Source of the DNA: Camelus dromedarius | Lineage: Eukaryota | DNA: 64,000 bases | Direction: 5' to 3' | NCBI RefSeq assembly: GCF_036321535.1 | Contig: NC_087437.1 | Coordinates: 58,406,001 to 58,470,000 of the forward strand | Shown here: positions 1 through 14,212 of the stretch, in pieces | Layout of the letters: each line of letters starts with the position of its first letter | How positions within the stretch are numbered: position 1 is the stretch's first letter | Position numbers and translations under genes: made by a program | The notes under the pieces: model-generated | What the model saw: only the letters and a program-made list of their open reading frames with translations | Databases searched by the model: none | Told to the model about the DNA's origin: nothing

Positions 1-78
1 AAATAAATAAATAGACCTAATGACCTTCCCCACCAAAGAAACCCCAAAACAATAAACAAACAAATAAATAAAAACAAA
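1..78 (+). mobile_element. 3' tail of a tRNA-derived SINE (Vic-1-like), cut by the window edge
   Basis: aaataaataaatagacctaatgaccttcccc plus an A-rich tail matches the tails of the copies at 25035 and 56914. Confidence 0.75.
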
Positions 79-1845
79 TTGCTATGGCTATTTAAAAGTA
101 TTTGCTATTTTTCTTCTTACATAAATAAAGACGTCTATATATGCAAAGTCCTATTTTTGCCCATGAGAAAAATTACATGAGTCACATTTGTGGACAAATG
201 CTCCAGAAATACATTTGCAGTTTCAGGAACCTAACCCTAATTCAATTGTCCAATCAGGTCCTTTCCACAAATACATGCGTGAGTGGGAGGACCTGTATAG
301 GCTGTGTAATGAAGTATTCAGAGCAGGCTGGCACTTAGATCTATTTCAAGAAATTAATGAGACAGAAATGTATTTCTGTTTTATATGCCTATTTCTAAAA
401 TTGACTTTATCAGTACTTAGGTTATATAGATATTAATGCTGGTGACTTAAATTTTCCTGAAACAGACCCTCAGAAAAGCCACTGACCATGTAAGGTCATT
501 TTTAGGTCAACTTTGCACATTTGTTAAAAGGCAGGATTTTTGCCATTTCTCCTTCTCTGAGACTCTCTGAATTTCCCTGAGAATCAGGATAAGAACTGTC
601 CTCCAGGTCAGGAGACCCAGTGGAGTAAACCCTGCTGGGCGGTCTTCCTACTGCTGTGCGTTCGGTCCCTGGAGAGAAGCCATTCTTGGCTGGCAGGCTG
701 CTGGGAATGTGTGATGGTCGCTGTCTCCAAGTGAAGAGAACAGTTTGCTCGGGTCTGCGGTTGGCAGCGGTGCACTATGGCAACACTCCGGAGGAAAGGT
801 ATGATCAGTATGCAAATCCTCGTCACTACCATCATAAGGCAGTTAGAGTTTAACACATAAAATGGGTATTTTATGATTCTCCTGAACATATTTATATTTA
901 CGACATCTTCTTGTCTCAATTTTAAATTAAGCAGACCCATTTTTAATGTGAAATCTGCTAATGTTGAGCAATTGAGGAATAGATAATGACTCTCTTTACG
1001 TTTAGGTGACATTAAAAATTTTGTGTCTGTGTGTTTTTTCCTGTCTTTACACCATTTGGAAACAGAAAAATGCAACAATCTGTAAGCATGAAAGACAACT
1101 AATTTCTGTATTTCTGCTGCCATTTAGTCTCTTCTTCTCTCATTATGATGTTCTGTGTATTTATTTATTTTTTTTTTGGCCTAAAGAATATTTTATAAAT
1201 AGTGCTTTACTAATTGCACAAATTCAAGTGGAATTTACCAAGTCCAAATGAGGACAAGGACAGTTCAAATCATAACTAGACACTGATTTTCTGCTGGTGA
1301 GATCAACTGGACACATGATTCTAAGGAACAGAATTGTTCTACTGCCTTTCTGGAAGGTTCAACTTAGTCTCCTTCCCAGTGACAGCTGGGGCTCAGTTTT
1401 CTGCCTACAGAGTACAGAGCCGGATAAAATCTCTATGCCCTGCCAGTGCTGAGGCGATGGTTTCAGGCTGTGTTTTGTTTGGACAGGTGTCTGAACCACT
1501 CTCACATTCATGAAGAGATTGTGCATCATATAAGATAGTGCTCTCAGCCTCCTCTGAACTCAAAGTGCCCTATTCATCCCACTCATAGAGCAATTAATTG
1601 TTCTGCTGTTGTGTTAGACTTTTCTTCTAGTTTCGTATGTATTGTGGCTTGGTTCTTCTGTTCTTAAACATTTCTTATTTGCATATATTGAGTTTCCACT
1701 CATATGTATAGGCTGGGTGTGTTTCCCCCAACTATCTCTCAGTGTCTTAGCGTTGGTATAAAGCAGGTTAAGTGTGTCCTGATCTGCTTTGCTAATTTGG
1801 CCTGGAATTTGGATGGAAATAGGAAGCTCCATGACAACCGCCCAC

Positions 1846-1974
1846 CTGTGAGCATGCCTTCATTCACCACACAATTTCCATCAATCAGAACAGCATCGCA
1901 TGGCAATGAAACTTTTCCTGGAAGGATAAGAAGATCTCCTGGAACCAAGAGACGGGATTCCAGCTCCTGCAAAC
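1846..1974 (-). CDS. ATP13A5: ATP13A5 exon 9 (GLQELESRLLVPGDLLILPGKVSLPCDAVLIDGNCVVNEGMLTG), actuator domain
   Basis: atag|GT acceptor, G|gtgggc donor; 129 nt. Contains LVPGD, PCD and E.MLTG; the TGES motif is split by the next intron, and exon 10 is outside the window. Confidence 0.97.
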
Positions 1975-2635
1975 CTATACAACAGCAAAGTTTTCATGAC
2001 TAGCTGAACTTTTCCTGTTTTTACTTAAGAATAAAAGCAATGGAGAACTCTTATCAACCTGTTGGCCAAGAACTACCACGCATGCACCCCTGCCCCAGTC
2101 CCTTTCTCCTCAACTGCCGAAAACCGGGATTAGGGAATTGATGCCTGGGCCACAGCAAAACATTTGCTCAGCAACAAGATCCCATCTTGATCCTAGTACC
2201 TGGGACGGAGCTCTGCCCACAGAAGACTCTCAAGGTCATTGGTCAATGGAGGAGTGCCCCTTTGCTGCTGCTTGCTCTCTTTGGCTGTGTTCCCGACTCT
2301 CTGTAGCATACCCTGTCCTTGTAGTGGGGCCTGGGTGAACACTCCAGACATCGTCTGCTGTCCTGGAGTGCAGTTCCTCACTCCTTGCTGACAGCCATGG
2401 CCACCCCACCCCAGGCTAACTCAGCAAATGCCAAGTGTCCAGCCAGCCAGCTATAAGCTTCACTCAGGCCTGGGTTCTAGATAACAGATTGAAATGTAGG
2501 ATGCAGAGTCTGGGATGGTTAGTTGGGGAAATCCAAAAGCCTTGAGAAGGTTTACCCAGTAACATTCCAATAAGCAAGATGTGGAGGACAGAGAGAATTT
2601 GAAGTAAACCACATACTGGACAGAAATGGTTCACT

Positions 2636-2800
2636 CAGGGCTGGGACCATGGTGAAGCATGCCAGCTACCTACGGCACAGAATTCAATGAGGGGCTCACT
2701 CTCAGGATCCCGCAGGTGCAGACCAGCATTCTCATGACCTTGCCTCCTTAAATTTTGCATCTGTGTTGCCTTGTTTGCCTCACCTTGGCCCCAGTTCTCA
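2636..2800. mobile_element. MER96-like hAT MITE
   Basis: Imperfect terminal inverted repeats cagggctgggaccatggtgaagca / tgcctcaccttggccccagttct. Confidence 0.55.
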
Positions 2801-2905
2801 GTTTCATCAGAGAAATTTTTTTCTCCTTGACTAATAATCAAAACAAATGTGACTGTCTCCACTCGGAATATTAGGATGCTGAAGTCGGCAGAACATATCA
2901 CTTAC

Positions 2906-2978
2906 CTTTGCCTTTTACAATGACTGTAACCTGGACTTTGTTGTGATCCTCCACAAGGTTGTGCAGCTTAACTGATTG
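2906..2978 (-). CDS. ATP13A5: ATP13A5 exon 8 (QSVKLHNLVEDHNKVQVTVIVKGK)
   Basis: gtag|CAA acceptor, G|gtaagt donor; 73 nt, ends in phase 1. Confidence 0.95.
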
Positions 2979-5199
2979 CTACAAATTTAAAGTCAATATT
3001 TAAACATTACATTGTGTGGGTTGCGAAAACCACCTGATCTCAATACAGTAAGTGCTGAGCCTGCTCCGGCTGTCACAGCCAAACTGACTCTGGGAAAACA
3101 CTCAAGTTCTACTTTCCATGCTCCTGCGTCCCTGCCCCAACCCCTACCTCACCCCCAACTCCCTACTTGCAGCGGCAAATATACTCATTCATTTAATGCT
3201 GTTTCAATCCTGGGGAAAATAATGCACAACCACTGCCCCCAAGGACTTAAGCTAAGGAACCAAGGCTTCACTGCCTAAGGACACACAATTAGAAGTGGGA
3301 AGAGCAAAGAGACCGCAAATAGGTTACTCTCCTTCTCTGTGCCTCTGCTGCCCTGTCTGTCAAACAACAAAGCTGAATTTGATCTGTAAGTGACTTTCCA
3401 TTGTAAGAGGTTGCATTTTGATTGGATGTAGAACAGCCATCGCCTCCTTTATGAACTGGTGGATTTTCATATTGGATGATTCTGCAGACTGGAGTCACGT
3501 TGCTCTGTTTAGAATCCCGGTGCTACCACTTATGAGTTATTTAGTTCCTATTCCTCTTCCGAGGGTGGACATAATAACAGTATCTATTTTATGCAGTTGT
3601 TTTAAGTTAGTTAATGCTTATCTTATTTTAGTTATCCCCTTTGGATGGTACTCATTATGATGGTAAGAGCTCAATGAGTGTTGAAGATAAATAAGAAAGT
3701 TGCTGTTTAAAAAAAATATCTGAGTCCATCAGCTGGAAAGATTCACTTGAGGTGGAATTCACTGAGATATACCTTGCACAAAGCAGAGGAATTAAAAGGT
3801 GCCTGGAGAAGAGGAGGCAGCATCCCCTAGGATGACTCAGGGGACAGGAAGACAGAGGTGAGGGGGAGTGTGGTCCACACAGTCTCTATACTGACTGTCA
3901 AGGGCACCATCAGTCAGAGGCAGCAAGATGCTGGACCAGCCGGGGCTTCCCTAGAAGGCGCTGTCCCTCTCTGTAGGCATGTAAGCTGCTCGCACATTTC
4001 CAAGTAGAAGAGGTCTGAATTCAGTCAACAGTAGATAAACACAGCTTAATGTAATTCAAATATAAACCTTTTTCTTTTAGGTGTTAGAGGAAATTATTTT
4101 TATCTGTTTTGTTGGTGATTTTTAGTGCTACAAATGTCACCAGGCTTAAACAAACACTGCACACAATTATGCACCTTTCCTCTTGAGAGAACATAATGAG
4201 TTCAGCGTTAATATTTATATAGGGCAATTTATTCTTTCCTTCAGTTTTGCATGAAAAGCTAAACTTCAGTCATTTGGACCGAGTGGAAGAAGCGATATTA
4301 CTGTTGGGCACATATTTATTGCTCTAACTTGACTTCCTGAGGCTTGTCTGTTGGGGCATTCATTTTAATGGTGGGTAACAATGAGAAAGTGATTTGGCAG
4401 CAAGAACCCCGGACTCAGTCAAGATTCCTGAGTGGTGGGTCAAGCTTACCCATTAACCAGCCAAGTAGCTGTATGTAAGACATTTCACCTTATAAATTAG
4501 CTGTTGTCTCTGTAAACAGACAATGTTGAATTGGACCATTTCCAAATTCCTTTCAGCCTCTAAAATGGCATGATACTAGTTTATTCTACATATCAGAGCT
4601 TTATTCAAAAAACCCCAAGGGTTCCTAGGAGAAATACCCAGAGTACAACAAATGACTCAAATGATTATTTTTAAACAATTTAGAACTTTATTCAGCCACC
4701 ATGTACCAGGTGCTATTTTAGGCACTTGGAATATATGGCTTGACTTTTTTAATCCTCGAAATAATCCTGTGATGAAAATGTTATTATCGCTGATGTACAA
4801 AAAGCAAAAGCAATTAAAAAAAACTGAGGAGTTTAAAAATGTTAAAGTAACTTTCCTACAATCATTTGCTTACTAAGTACTAAAATTAACAATAAAACCC
4901 AGGTATATCTGACTCTGAAGCCTTTTCTGTTGATGAATATGTCCTCTGAAAGTACTTGAAAACAGCTTTTGTCTTTTAAGAAGATAAACATTCTTCCTTA
5001 CAAATTTCTTTAAGTTATTTTCTTGCTGAGCAAACTCTCTTAGTCAATGTCATGTAACTTCAGCTTCGCTGAAGAGGAAGATAACACATTTGGAAGTGGT
5101 GAAGTAAGAGTTAATAATGCTTGACTATAATTCTCAAAACATTCTGGCATAAAACTGGATTTTTTTATCAGACATAGCATTCTGCATAATCTGCCACAC

Positions 5200-5515
5200 T
5201 TCCATGCCTTTGCTCAAACTAGTCCCTAGAATGTTCACCCCAGGTTTCTACTAGCCAACTCTTCCTAATCCTTCCCATAAAGCCTTGCTCAAATGTCATC
5301 TCTGCTCCCTAAGTCCCTAACACCCCCAGGAAGAATTAATTGTTCAGCTCGCTAGGTTTCCACCTGTATTAGTGTATAGATCACATCCCACTACAACTGT
5401 TTTCTTGTCAGGTCTCCCCTGCAGGACAGAGGTTCAAAGATGGGACTGTGTATTCATCTATGGATCCCCAGTGATGGATCACATAGTAGGACTTCAGAAA
5501 TACTTATTTAATTGA
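5200..5515 (+). mobile_element. L2 LINE 3' end
   Basis: ccatgcctttgctca...ctcaaatgtcatctc...gggactgtgt...cacatagtagg. Confidence 0.6.
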
Positions 5516-6779
5516 CCTGAATTATTCCACTTCTCCCAACAACGCTGCAGTAGGATAATGTAAGCATCCTCTTTGAGCTAATGTGCTCAGAAACTCTACA
5601 AACACAGGTTTCCATGACAACCAACCAACTAGGAGAAAGCCAACACTGTGATGCATGCCATGATTTTGAAACTCGCTGCCTGATTTTCATTAGACCCCCT
5701 TTGGTTTCTCCAGTCCCTGTTCAGTGGGACCAGGATCAGTTTCCAAGACTAATTTGCATATTGTTATTATCTGGCCTCTGTTGCTGTGTGTCCTTGTGTT
5801 TGCTGTAGCTGGGTTTCCTCCAGCAATGAGTAATGAGGGCATTAACTCAGGTGTCTCTGGAGCCCAGCTCAGTCCTGAATGAGGCAAAGCACTCTGGGCC
5901 AGGTACCCTCTGTGCTATTGCTCGCAGCCACCCGTGGAGCCAGCAATGGAGTGTGCAGCACAGTTCAGTGGAAATACAGTGGAGTGCCAAGATTTGGACT
6001 CATACCTGCACCAAGCGTGTTAGACCGGGACGGCAGCGGGGAGTTTCTTGGCTCAGGCAAGGTAACCTCTCTCTGTGCGGCATGATGTGGGGCGAGAGCA
6101 GATGCAGGAAGGTACCTTATGCCTCTTCTGCCAACTTATTCCCCTCTTGTAATTTTCAAAAGCCTATATCTGTTTAGCACGATTTGGAGATGGCAGTAGA
6201 TGCTCCTTCTTTTCCTCCCAGCCTTCCTCCCCTAATCTGCTTTTTGTTATAAAATTATTAAACAATCATTTACTGCCACAGGAAGCTCACAGGTTACTTT
6301 GTGATTTTGCTTAATGGGACAGTGACTTGACTTTGAGTCAAGAAACCCTGGGACTAAGGTGTAGAGCTGCTCTTCCTGGGTGACGTGAGCAAGTCGCTTT
6401 CCCTCTCTGAGTGCCACTGTCTCTCCCTTTCAGGTGGTGGGAGGATGTATCATATGTGTATCATTTCACAGGTTGCCAAGTCTCACACAAGCACATTCAT
6501 TATAAATGTCAGAGCCCACCGCAAACTGTAAAGTGCTAAGCAGATATTGATTGTGATTTAAACTGCAAAGGTACAGTTTCAGGAAACTGGTCCGTTTTGT
6601 AGAGTGTTACGAGATGCCTTACAGGTTAAGTCAGATAAGTTTGTATTAACAAATGCTTCATATCTTCATTTCAAAGAAGTCTTTGCAATACTGCCATCGA
6701 GTCTGAAATTCCCATGCCAGTCACTGTTTTGAATAAAGGCAGTCAGAGATTATTTAAGGTGTAGATTTTGAATGTTTAA

Positions 6780-7700
6780 ATCCCATTAAGAATTTTAAAA
6801 TAAATATTAAGAAAATAAGAAATAGAAAAAAAGAGCATACCTAATTGTGGAAGAGGAAACTTTTATAAGCAAAACAAGAAACCCAGAAACCATAAAGAAG
6901 AAAGAAACATATTTAACTAGACATTTTTTTTTTTCATCTAGCAGAAGTCAAGGTCAAAAGAAGAAAAGATTTAAAAAATAAAACTGTTTAAATGCATGCT
7001 AGATATAAAGAGGTAGCAAGTAGAGAAGAAAAATGCAAATCTCTTTTAGACGAAGGAAAATGTGTCTAATCTCACTAGTAATCAGGGAAATAGAAATTAA
7101 AACATCAATGAGATGCAATTTTAAAAAATGGATTGAAAATTTTATAATGTAAATTAATGTAAATATAACACCTATTGCTGGTGACGATTTGAGAAAATGG
7201 TTAGTCTCATATGTTGCTAATAGGAGAATGAATTATTTCATTTGGGGAAAAAAATATTACAGTATCTTTTCAAAACAAACATATCTTTTGATTCAGCAAC
7301 CTAGCTTTTGGTTGCTTTGCTGAAAAAAAGAAATGCAAACACTAATATGTAAGGATGTCCTATATTGTAATTAAACTTGAATTGAATTAATATATTTATG
7401 GTGGCAAAAATTGGAGAAGAAACTCCTATTTTCCATAAATAAGAGAACATTTGAATAAATTATGGTATATCATGGAATATCACACCACTGTTTTTAAGTA
7501 TGATTTAGAATTATTTGTTTATAATGGTGGATGGCCATTATATATACATTGTAAGATGAAAAATATAATTTCTAGATTAATGTAAATAGAACAATTCTGT
7601 TTTGATAAAACAAAAGAATAAATACATAATTAAACCTCTGTATAAACTTCTATTTCTGTGCATCTTATAGAGTAAAAAGAGTGAAAAAGTATGTTTGGCT
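6780..7700 (+). mobile_element. Ancient L1 (L1ME-like) ORF2 end/3' UTR
   Basis: A-rich, with degenerate L1 motifs (ctcactagtaatcagggaaatagaaattaaaac; gaataaattatggtatatc). Confidence 0.65.
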
Positions 7701-8559
7701 GGTGATGACATTAATAAATAAAGAGATAGCTGTGTTCGAGATCTTGGTGCTTGAATTTGTCCTTTGGTGGATTCCTCTGTAGTAATAGCTGTTAATTAAG
7801 CCTTTAGAATGTATAGCAATCACCTGTTATGAAACTGTTTAAAAAAGTGCAAATTCCTGTTATTACCCTGGATATTTTGATTTAATAGGTCAAGAGCTCA
7901 GGAATCTCAAGTAATTCTCTTACTGAAATATTTCCCTTTGGATTCTGGAGTCAAACCTAATGTTTTCTACAACCCTTCTCCCTATTCCTACACAGAAATT
8001 TCTAAATTTATTTTGGGTCTCCTTAAAGAAAGGTACACCTGAATTCCAAGTGAAGAAATGGCCATCATAAAGGAATTTTAAAAGAGAGACTGAAATTTGT
8101 CATAAAGGTACAAATGGAAAAAGTGCAGGACAAAGACAATATTTAAGTTGGGGGAAATAAGTGGAAACATCCTACGGGGCATGTTCGATCAAATCATAGC
8201 ACCGCATTTCCTTGAGACAAGTTGATCACCAGTAACAGAATCTTGTTAAGCTGGTTGAAGCAGAAGATGAGAACTTATGAGGATGCAGGGACGTCTTATG
8301 AACCTAAGATGGGAAGTGCAGGCAGGTCTCCCTAGGGCTCTGAATGGGAACAGGAAATGCTGTCAGGAACAGGTGACTGTCTCTGCTGGACTATGCATTG
8401 CTCACCTCTGTGTCTCACTGTGTATTTGGTTCACTCTTTCCCTCTCTTTCTCTGCGGAAGTTTTTTCCTCCGCTTGTCCATCCACAGGAATCAAGGGTGG
8501 TCACCCTGTTCCTACCTACACATCACTTCTCAGATCTCCTTCCTAATAGCGCATGACTA

Positions 8560-8990
8560 GCAGCTTCAAGCCTTTATTCCAGGATCCCAGGCAAAAAGAT
8601 ACGTTGCTATCACCCCTGTTGATGGATTGGCTTCCAATGGGTGTGGTGCCTTCTGTTGTAAGTAGCTGTGCCAGTGAAGGGAGAAAGCCACATGCAACAA
8701 ACCAACTGTGGGCTGCCAGAGCTCTGAGCTCACCCAGTTCTCAGAGAAGAGGAGTGGGAGTGGAGTACTTGCCCCCAGACAGGTGAACTTCATTCCATAC
8801 CTGTCAGAGACTAGGAAGAGGCTGGGAAGAGTAACCCAAGTTCCTGGATCCAGCCCCTGGTAAAGTCCCTCTGTTCTTTGTGTTCTTGGGTTCCATGAGC
8901 TACTGGTGAATATTTCTAATATATATCCCTTTTGTGATTAAGGCAGCCTAAACAGGTTTCTATTATCTTTGTACACAGCCTGACTGAGTA
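8560..8990 (+). mobile_element. Degenerate ERVL/MaLR-type LTR
   Basis: The end ttcctggatccagcc...cccttttgtgattaagg...ggtttct...cctgactga resembles MLT1. Family and boundaries are uncertain. Confidence 0.4.
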
Positions 8991-11370
8991 GTTTATCTGG
9001 CCAGTCAGTCCAACATTAATAGAGTTCGCATCTATAGGATTGACTCCAGTCTGCAACACATGCTCCCACATTTCCAGTGCCCAGAAAGTTTCTTATTAGT
9101 GTTTTAATGTATTTTTCATGCTTTATTGGTGGCCCTGGCAAAATGATAGAATTCTAAAAAGGTAGGACCTAAAGAAACAGATTTTAACCCCCACCCCCCG
9201 CCATTTGCAGCTGAGGAAAGTGAGTTCGGGGAGGAGAAAGGAGTGCCTAGAGTCACACAGTGAATGAGTCAGTGGTCTCTAGAAGCCCTGTCCTGCGATG
9301 TTCCCATGCTACTTCCTCGTTCAAGTCAGAGCTCCTCCCTTCAGTCTCTGTGCCCCCTCCCATCCACCGCCTATATCCCCCACTACAGGAAGAATAATTA
9401 AAGCAGCAACAGCCATATCAGTGGCAACAAACAGCAAATCTGATGAGTGCCTAATATGTACCAGGAACACAAGTACTTCAAATGCATGGTTTCATTTAAT
9501 TCTCGCAGCAATAACATTGAACACACACACACATCTCACAGATAAGGAAGCTGACTGTTAAAGTGTCAAGTAACAAACAGTGTCAGGGAACGCAAGTAGG
9601 AGTAGCGAGAAGGAAAATGTGACTTGACTAGATAAGACCTTCTGCCCAAAGTCCTCAGAACGTTCTGTATCTTTCCGCAGAACCCAGAGATGGTCTGTGA
9701 TGATACACTCAGGTGATTGTGTGCATATGTCTTCCCAACAGCATGAAGCACATAAAAGAAGGACTGTATTCCCTCATGTTTGACATAAGCCGGGAAGCAC
9801 GAGAGGCTTGCTGGCATCAAATTACATATTCTATTAAAGCAAAGATTTCTCAAAACCCAGCAACTAGAAATTTGATTTGGGGGCCTCATATTACATACGT
9901 CTATCAAATGACAAAGGTAAATGTTTGGGACACTGTCATTTGTTTCCTCCTGTGGCTGAGCAGAATGTGGCAGATCTTTTATCGTCCTGGTGTCTACTTT
10001 CCCGTTTTTGTTCAAATGCTCAGAGTTCACCAGAAGGACAATCATTCTTCACCTGACTCGTCAGCTAGACAGAAAGAAATTGCTACCATCAAAGGCAGGT
10101 TACTGGTCACTGTTAATATTTCTGGGATTTAAATTAGTCGGTGAAGAAACACACTCAGGAACTCAATATAAAAAAGCAAGAAAACAAATGTAACAAAGCC
10201 CTTCTCATCCTCACTCTCTCGCTCAAAGTGTCTCCATTCATTTAACTTTTCATTTTGAGGTCCTGTTTTCTAACCCTTTAGATATATATCGCCTTTCTTT
10301 GATTTGTCATCCAACACTTCATAACTCAAAATCTGTAGGATCTACAACCAGATAAAAAAGCCAATCTTAGACCTGATATTTGCTGAGTGACTGAAACAGA
10401 TGAGTAATAAAAGGGCTTTTTCAGTGGGGTTTGTTTAAAAGCCTCCACGTCTGCCTTACTGACATACATCCAGAACTTTACTGACTCTACTAACAGCTAG
10501 AATGCATCGCTCCTCTCACACGTTGGTTTGACTGTCTTCCCCAGCTATATGCTACTTTGAAAAGGGCTTTCTGCTAAGGAAATACTGCACACACAGTAGA
10601 ATTTCACTTATGAGGAGCCAGAAACCCTGACTTTGTCACAAACCCACTTTGTGACCTGAACAAGCTCCCTGTATCTTAGTTTCCTCTTCTCTAGATGAAG
10701 GAGCAAGTTTGAGACTAGACTACTTCAGTAGAATTGATGGCTTGACACAAATACTATTGCTCCCCATGACTAAAAATCTAATTCCGGAGTCAAGTTTTCA
10801 AAAATACACAACAGATACAGTGAGACAGACTTTACAGGTTGCTTCATAACTTAGCCTGGTGAATCTTAAGCAACGTAGCAGAACATTTTCCAGAAAGATG
10901 CTGTGGAGAACTGAGACTTAGAGAAGCTTTGGAGATACAAGTGATATTCAGTGAGATTCCAACTCAGAATGTGTTGCTGTATCATTTCGAAGACTAGTTT
11001 TCTTTGAAAGGAAAATTTTAAATGGCTCTAAACAATGATGGCAAGAGAGATGGAAAGATACTAGGCTGTCATCATTAATCCGTCACAGTTGTCTTTCCTA
11101 CACCACTCAGACGCAGAATTAGAGTCCTTCTAAACATAGTATTCAATATCATTCAATGTTTTCAGCTGATAATCAGTTTGCAAAGACGATTAAATCTACC
11201 TGGTATTCCTGAAGCCCTCCTTCTGAGATGTTTAGTAAGCCTTTACTTTTTCCTTTGTTATGACTTATGTCTAGCAAAGCAACTCTTTGCTCTCAGCGGA
11301 AATTCCATAGGTTTTGCTTCTTGTACAGCCAGAAGCTAATACAGAGTCCAACTAAGATTTCTGCTCTTAC

Positions 11371-11505
11371 CTGTCGCAAATCATACACACTTAAGACAAT
11401 GGAGATAACAGACAAGATGATGATGGCCACAGAGTATTCGATGTAACCTTGAGACAGCCACAAAGTTAGGGTAAAGGCTTGAAACACATAGAATGGATTT
11501 AAAAC
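11371..11505 (-). CDS. ATP13A5: ATP13A5 exon 7 (VLNPFYVFQAFTLTLWLSQGYIEYSVAIIILSVISIVLSVYDLRQ), TM1-TM2
   Basis: acag|GTT acceptor, CAG|gtaaga donor; 135 nt; lies within ORF 11293..11535; NPFYxFQ is the P5B TM1 signature. Confidence 0.97.
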
Positions 11506-12959
11506 CTGTAGGTGCAAAAACAGTGTGTGGGTCACTTACATGGACCTTAATGGCAGTCAAGATGACGTCATTTCTTGATAGATTTTTTTTCCAATTTTTC
11601 CAACATACAACAATTGAATTCACTTAGAACTCCATTAATTTCAGTGAAGACAATGTCAAGCACACAGAATGTGACATAGCAGAAGCAAATGTATCTTAAT
11701 CACTCAGAGTCATGCCAATAAATTGATCATTCTTATTTATTTTGAATTTTCAAAAATATTTTACCAATAACAAATTTCTAACAATTTACCTTTTTAAGCA
11801 GATTTACCCATAATGGAGGGGAAACAGGATTCAGACTCTTTTTAAAATAAACTTCAGTTTTGGAATTTTATTGCAGGTTTCTTCTTCATGTAATCACATA
11901 CTGCAAACGTAGTCAGGTTGTACACTAAAAATTCAAGATTCCGCTTTTATCCAGGTCATTCGTTTAAAAATAACATACTCTCATGTCTCAGGTTTAACCA
12001 AGACCCTCTGAGAGTCAGTCAAGCCAACATGGGCCTCCCCTTGAGTGAGGAGGGCTAGTCTTATCCAGGGAAGAGAAAAGTCTCGCCCAAAGCTGCAGGG
12101 AGAGTATGGGCAGAATGTATCACCAGCCCCAAAGCTGGTCACCCTTGCAGGTATTTTTGATCTCTAAATAATTTATTCAACTTTTTAAAATTCCCTCAAG
12201 GTCTCTATTTTGGTCCCACTGACTTAATAATAACAGAGAGGGCAAACCTGAGGGAGCTAGAGATGGTTCCGTGACTTACCCACGTAGCATGGATTAAAGA
12301 GTCCACCTGAACAAAGCAAGGATGCTTTTCTTGGTGAAGGGCTCTGTATAATTATTATGAACTAGATGAAGCAGTACCTAAAGTCAGTGCCACTCTTTCC
12401 TACCTCTACTTCTTGTCATTCTCTAATATATTAAATACATTTCTATCTTCGTCCTAAAAATGAACTGACATCCAGTTAATAAGCTAATAGGACATATCTT
12501 AAAATATTCCTAAATCCTTGGATGTATTTTATATGTTAAAAAAAAAGCTCATGTTCCTTAATGTTTTTATTATTTCCATTGCAACACACTTCTCTTACAA
12601 ATTATAGCTCTTCTCTCTACTTGGCATAAACTGCTTTAACTGTAGATAATACGTTTATGATAATATGATTTTGAGTTTGTATAAATGCAGTAGAAAATTG
12701 GTTAAATACTTCTTGTAGGAGAAACAAACCTATCCTAATTAATTTAGTTCCCTTGTTCAAGATTCTTTTGAAATCAAATGTGAAGAAGTAGTTTTACTTG
12801 TTTTTTGTTTTTTTCTACTAAAGGCCTAATAAATAAGTGCCGGAAAATATGAGCACTTCTTTAAAAGTAGACCAGACTGGCACTTGAGAGAGTCTTTGGT
12901 AATTTGAAAATGTACTTGAGGGAAGGAGTTTAAAAAGCGGCCTGCTTTGTAATGGTAGG

Positions 12960-13062
12960 AGAGATCGTGCATACATGGACGCATGGAGTATATGGGGCAT
13001 CTCAGAACCTTCCAGTCAATTTTGCTGTGAACCTAAAACTGCTCTTAAAAAAAAAAAAAGTC
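12960..13062 (+). mobile_element. Old L1 extreme 3' end
   Basis: caattttgctgtgaacctaaaactgctct followed by poly(A). Confidence 0.65.
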
Positions 13063-14142
13063 TAATAAAAATGCATTTTTAAAAAATGACCATGCTAAAA
13101 ACCAAAATGGCCATCTTTGTGGGTGGAAATAGACTAGAAATGTGCAGCACTGATTGATCCGTCTGCTCGGTTTCACACAAGGACTGGAGGGCAATGGTTA
13201 GGAGCTCAATGCTAAGGGGAATTAAAGTCCCATCAGTGGCAGGGGACAAAAAGCAGGCTTGCTGAAGGAAACAGCAGTAACGATGGGTTTCCCCTGTCCC
13301 AGAGGCTGAGGAAAGTAACAACCAGCCAGGGTTCACCAGCAGAGGGCGGCATAGGAGAGACAAGTTTGTGGTGCAGCTGTGACCTCGGCCAAGCCTCAAG
13401 TTGGCTCAGGGTCTGCATCCTTAGGGACAGAGCTCAAACCTCCAATACTGGCCCCAGTTCTGAACTGGGGACCCATGGGGACCACTAAGAGGCAAACGCA
13501 GAGTCGCCAAGGAGGGGGCATGAGCACAGAGAGAAAGAAAAAAATGGAGGAAGGGAAAGTCCCACCCACGGCGAGGTTAGCAAGAATAATAGCTTCAAAG
13601 CTCACAAGAAAATAAAAGACAAACAAATAAATTAAAAACCCCACTAACAGAGGAAAAAGTCACCTTCAAGAAAATGGATATAATAGAGCAACATGAAAAA
13701 GACCAAAATATTACTTCTTAAATCCTCAGAGGTCGTGAGTAACAATACTCCCCAAGTCCCGCCCGCTACACCTACCACCAAAAATTGAAGAAAACAAAAC
13801 AAACAGGAGATTATAAAATGGGAATCGTCCCTCATACTGGGAAGAGATTTGTAAAGTGAATTTGAATTTGAGACAAGTGGCTATGAAAAAGGACCAGTTA
13901 GAAATCCTGGAATAAATATATATATAAGAAGTAATATTTTTAAAACCTCAGCAGGCAAGAAAAGAATAAACTAAAAATGGGAAAACTGTTGCCAAATAAT
14001 AAAGTTGCATGAAATACAGATTTTTTTCCTCTTCAAAGTATTCATGTGTTTAAGATTTCCCTGAATACTAGGAAGTAAAAAGTAAAAAACAGAAGTTGTT
14101 TTTTTGTTTTTTGGTTTTTTTTGCAAAAATAAAAACAGTTAC

Positions 14143-14212
14143 CTGTTTAACAAGCAGCTTCCATATGGGTTGTATGTCCACCTCAATGGCATTGGGCCCG
14201 CACACTAACCTT
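14143..14212 (-). CDS. ATP13A5: ATP13A5 exon 6 (RLVCGPNAIEVDIQPIWKLLVKQ)
   Basis: gcag|A acceptor, CAG|gtaact donor; 70 nt restores phase 0; contains the GPN motif. Confidence 0.95.

Noticed and set aside
608..1123. 171-aa minus-strand ORF in intron 9 as a possible further exon
   Set aside because: It lacks the ESIPVTK-like sequence expected after exon 9 and shows no P-type ATPase similarity.
13590..14000. A-rich stretch resembling L1 ORF1/HAL1
   Set aside because: Too degenerate to assign without an alignment.
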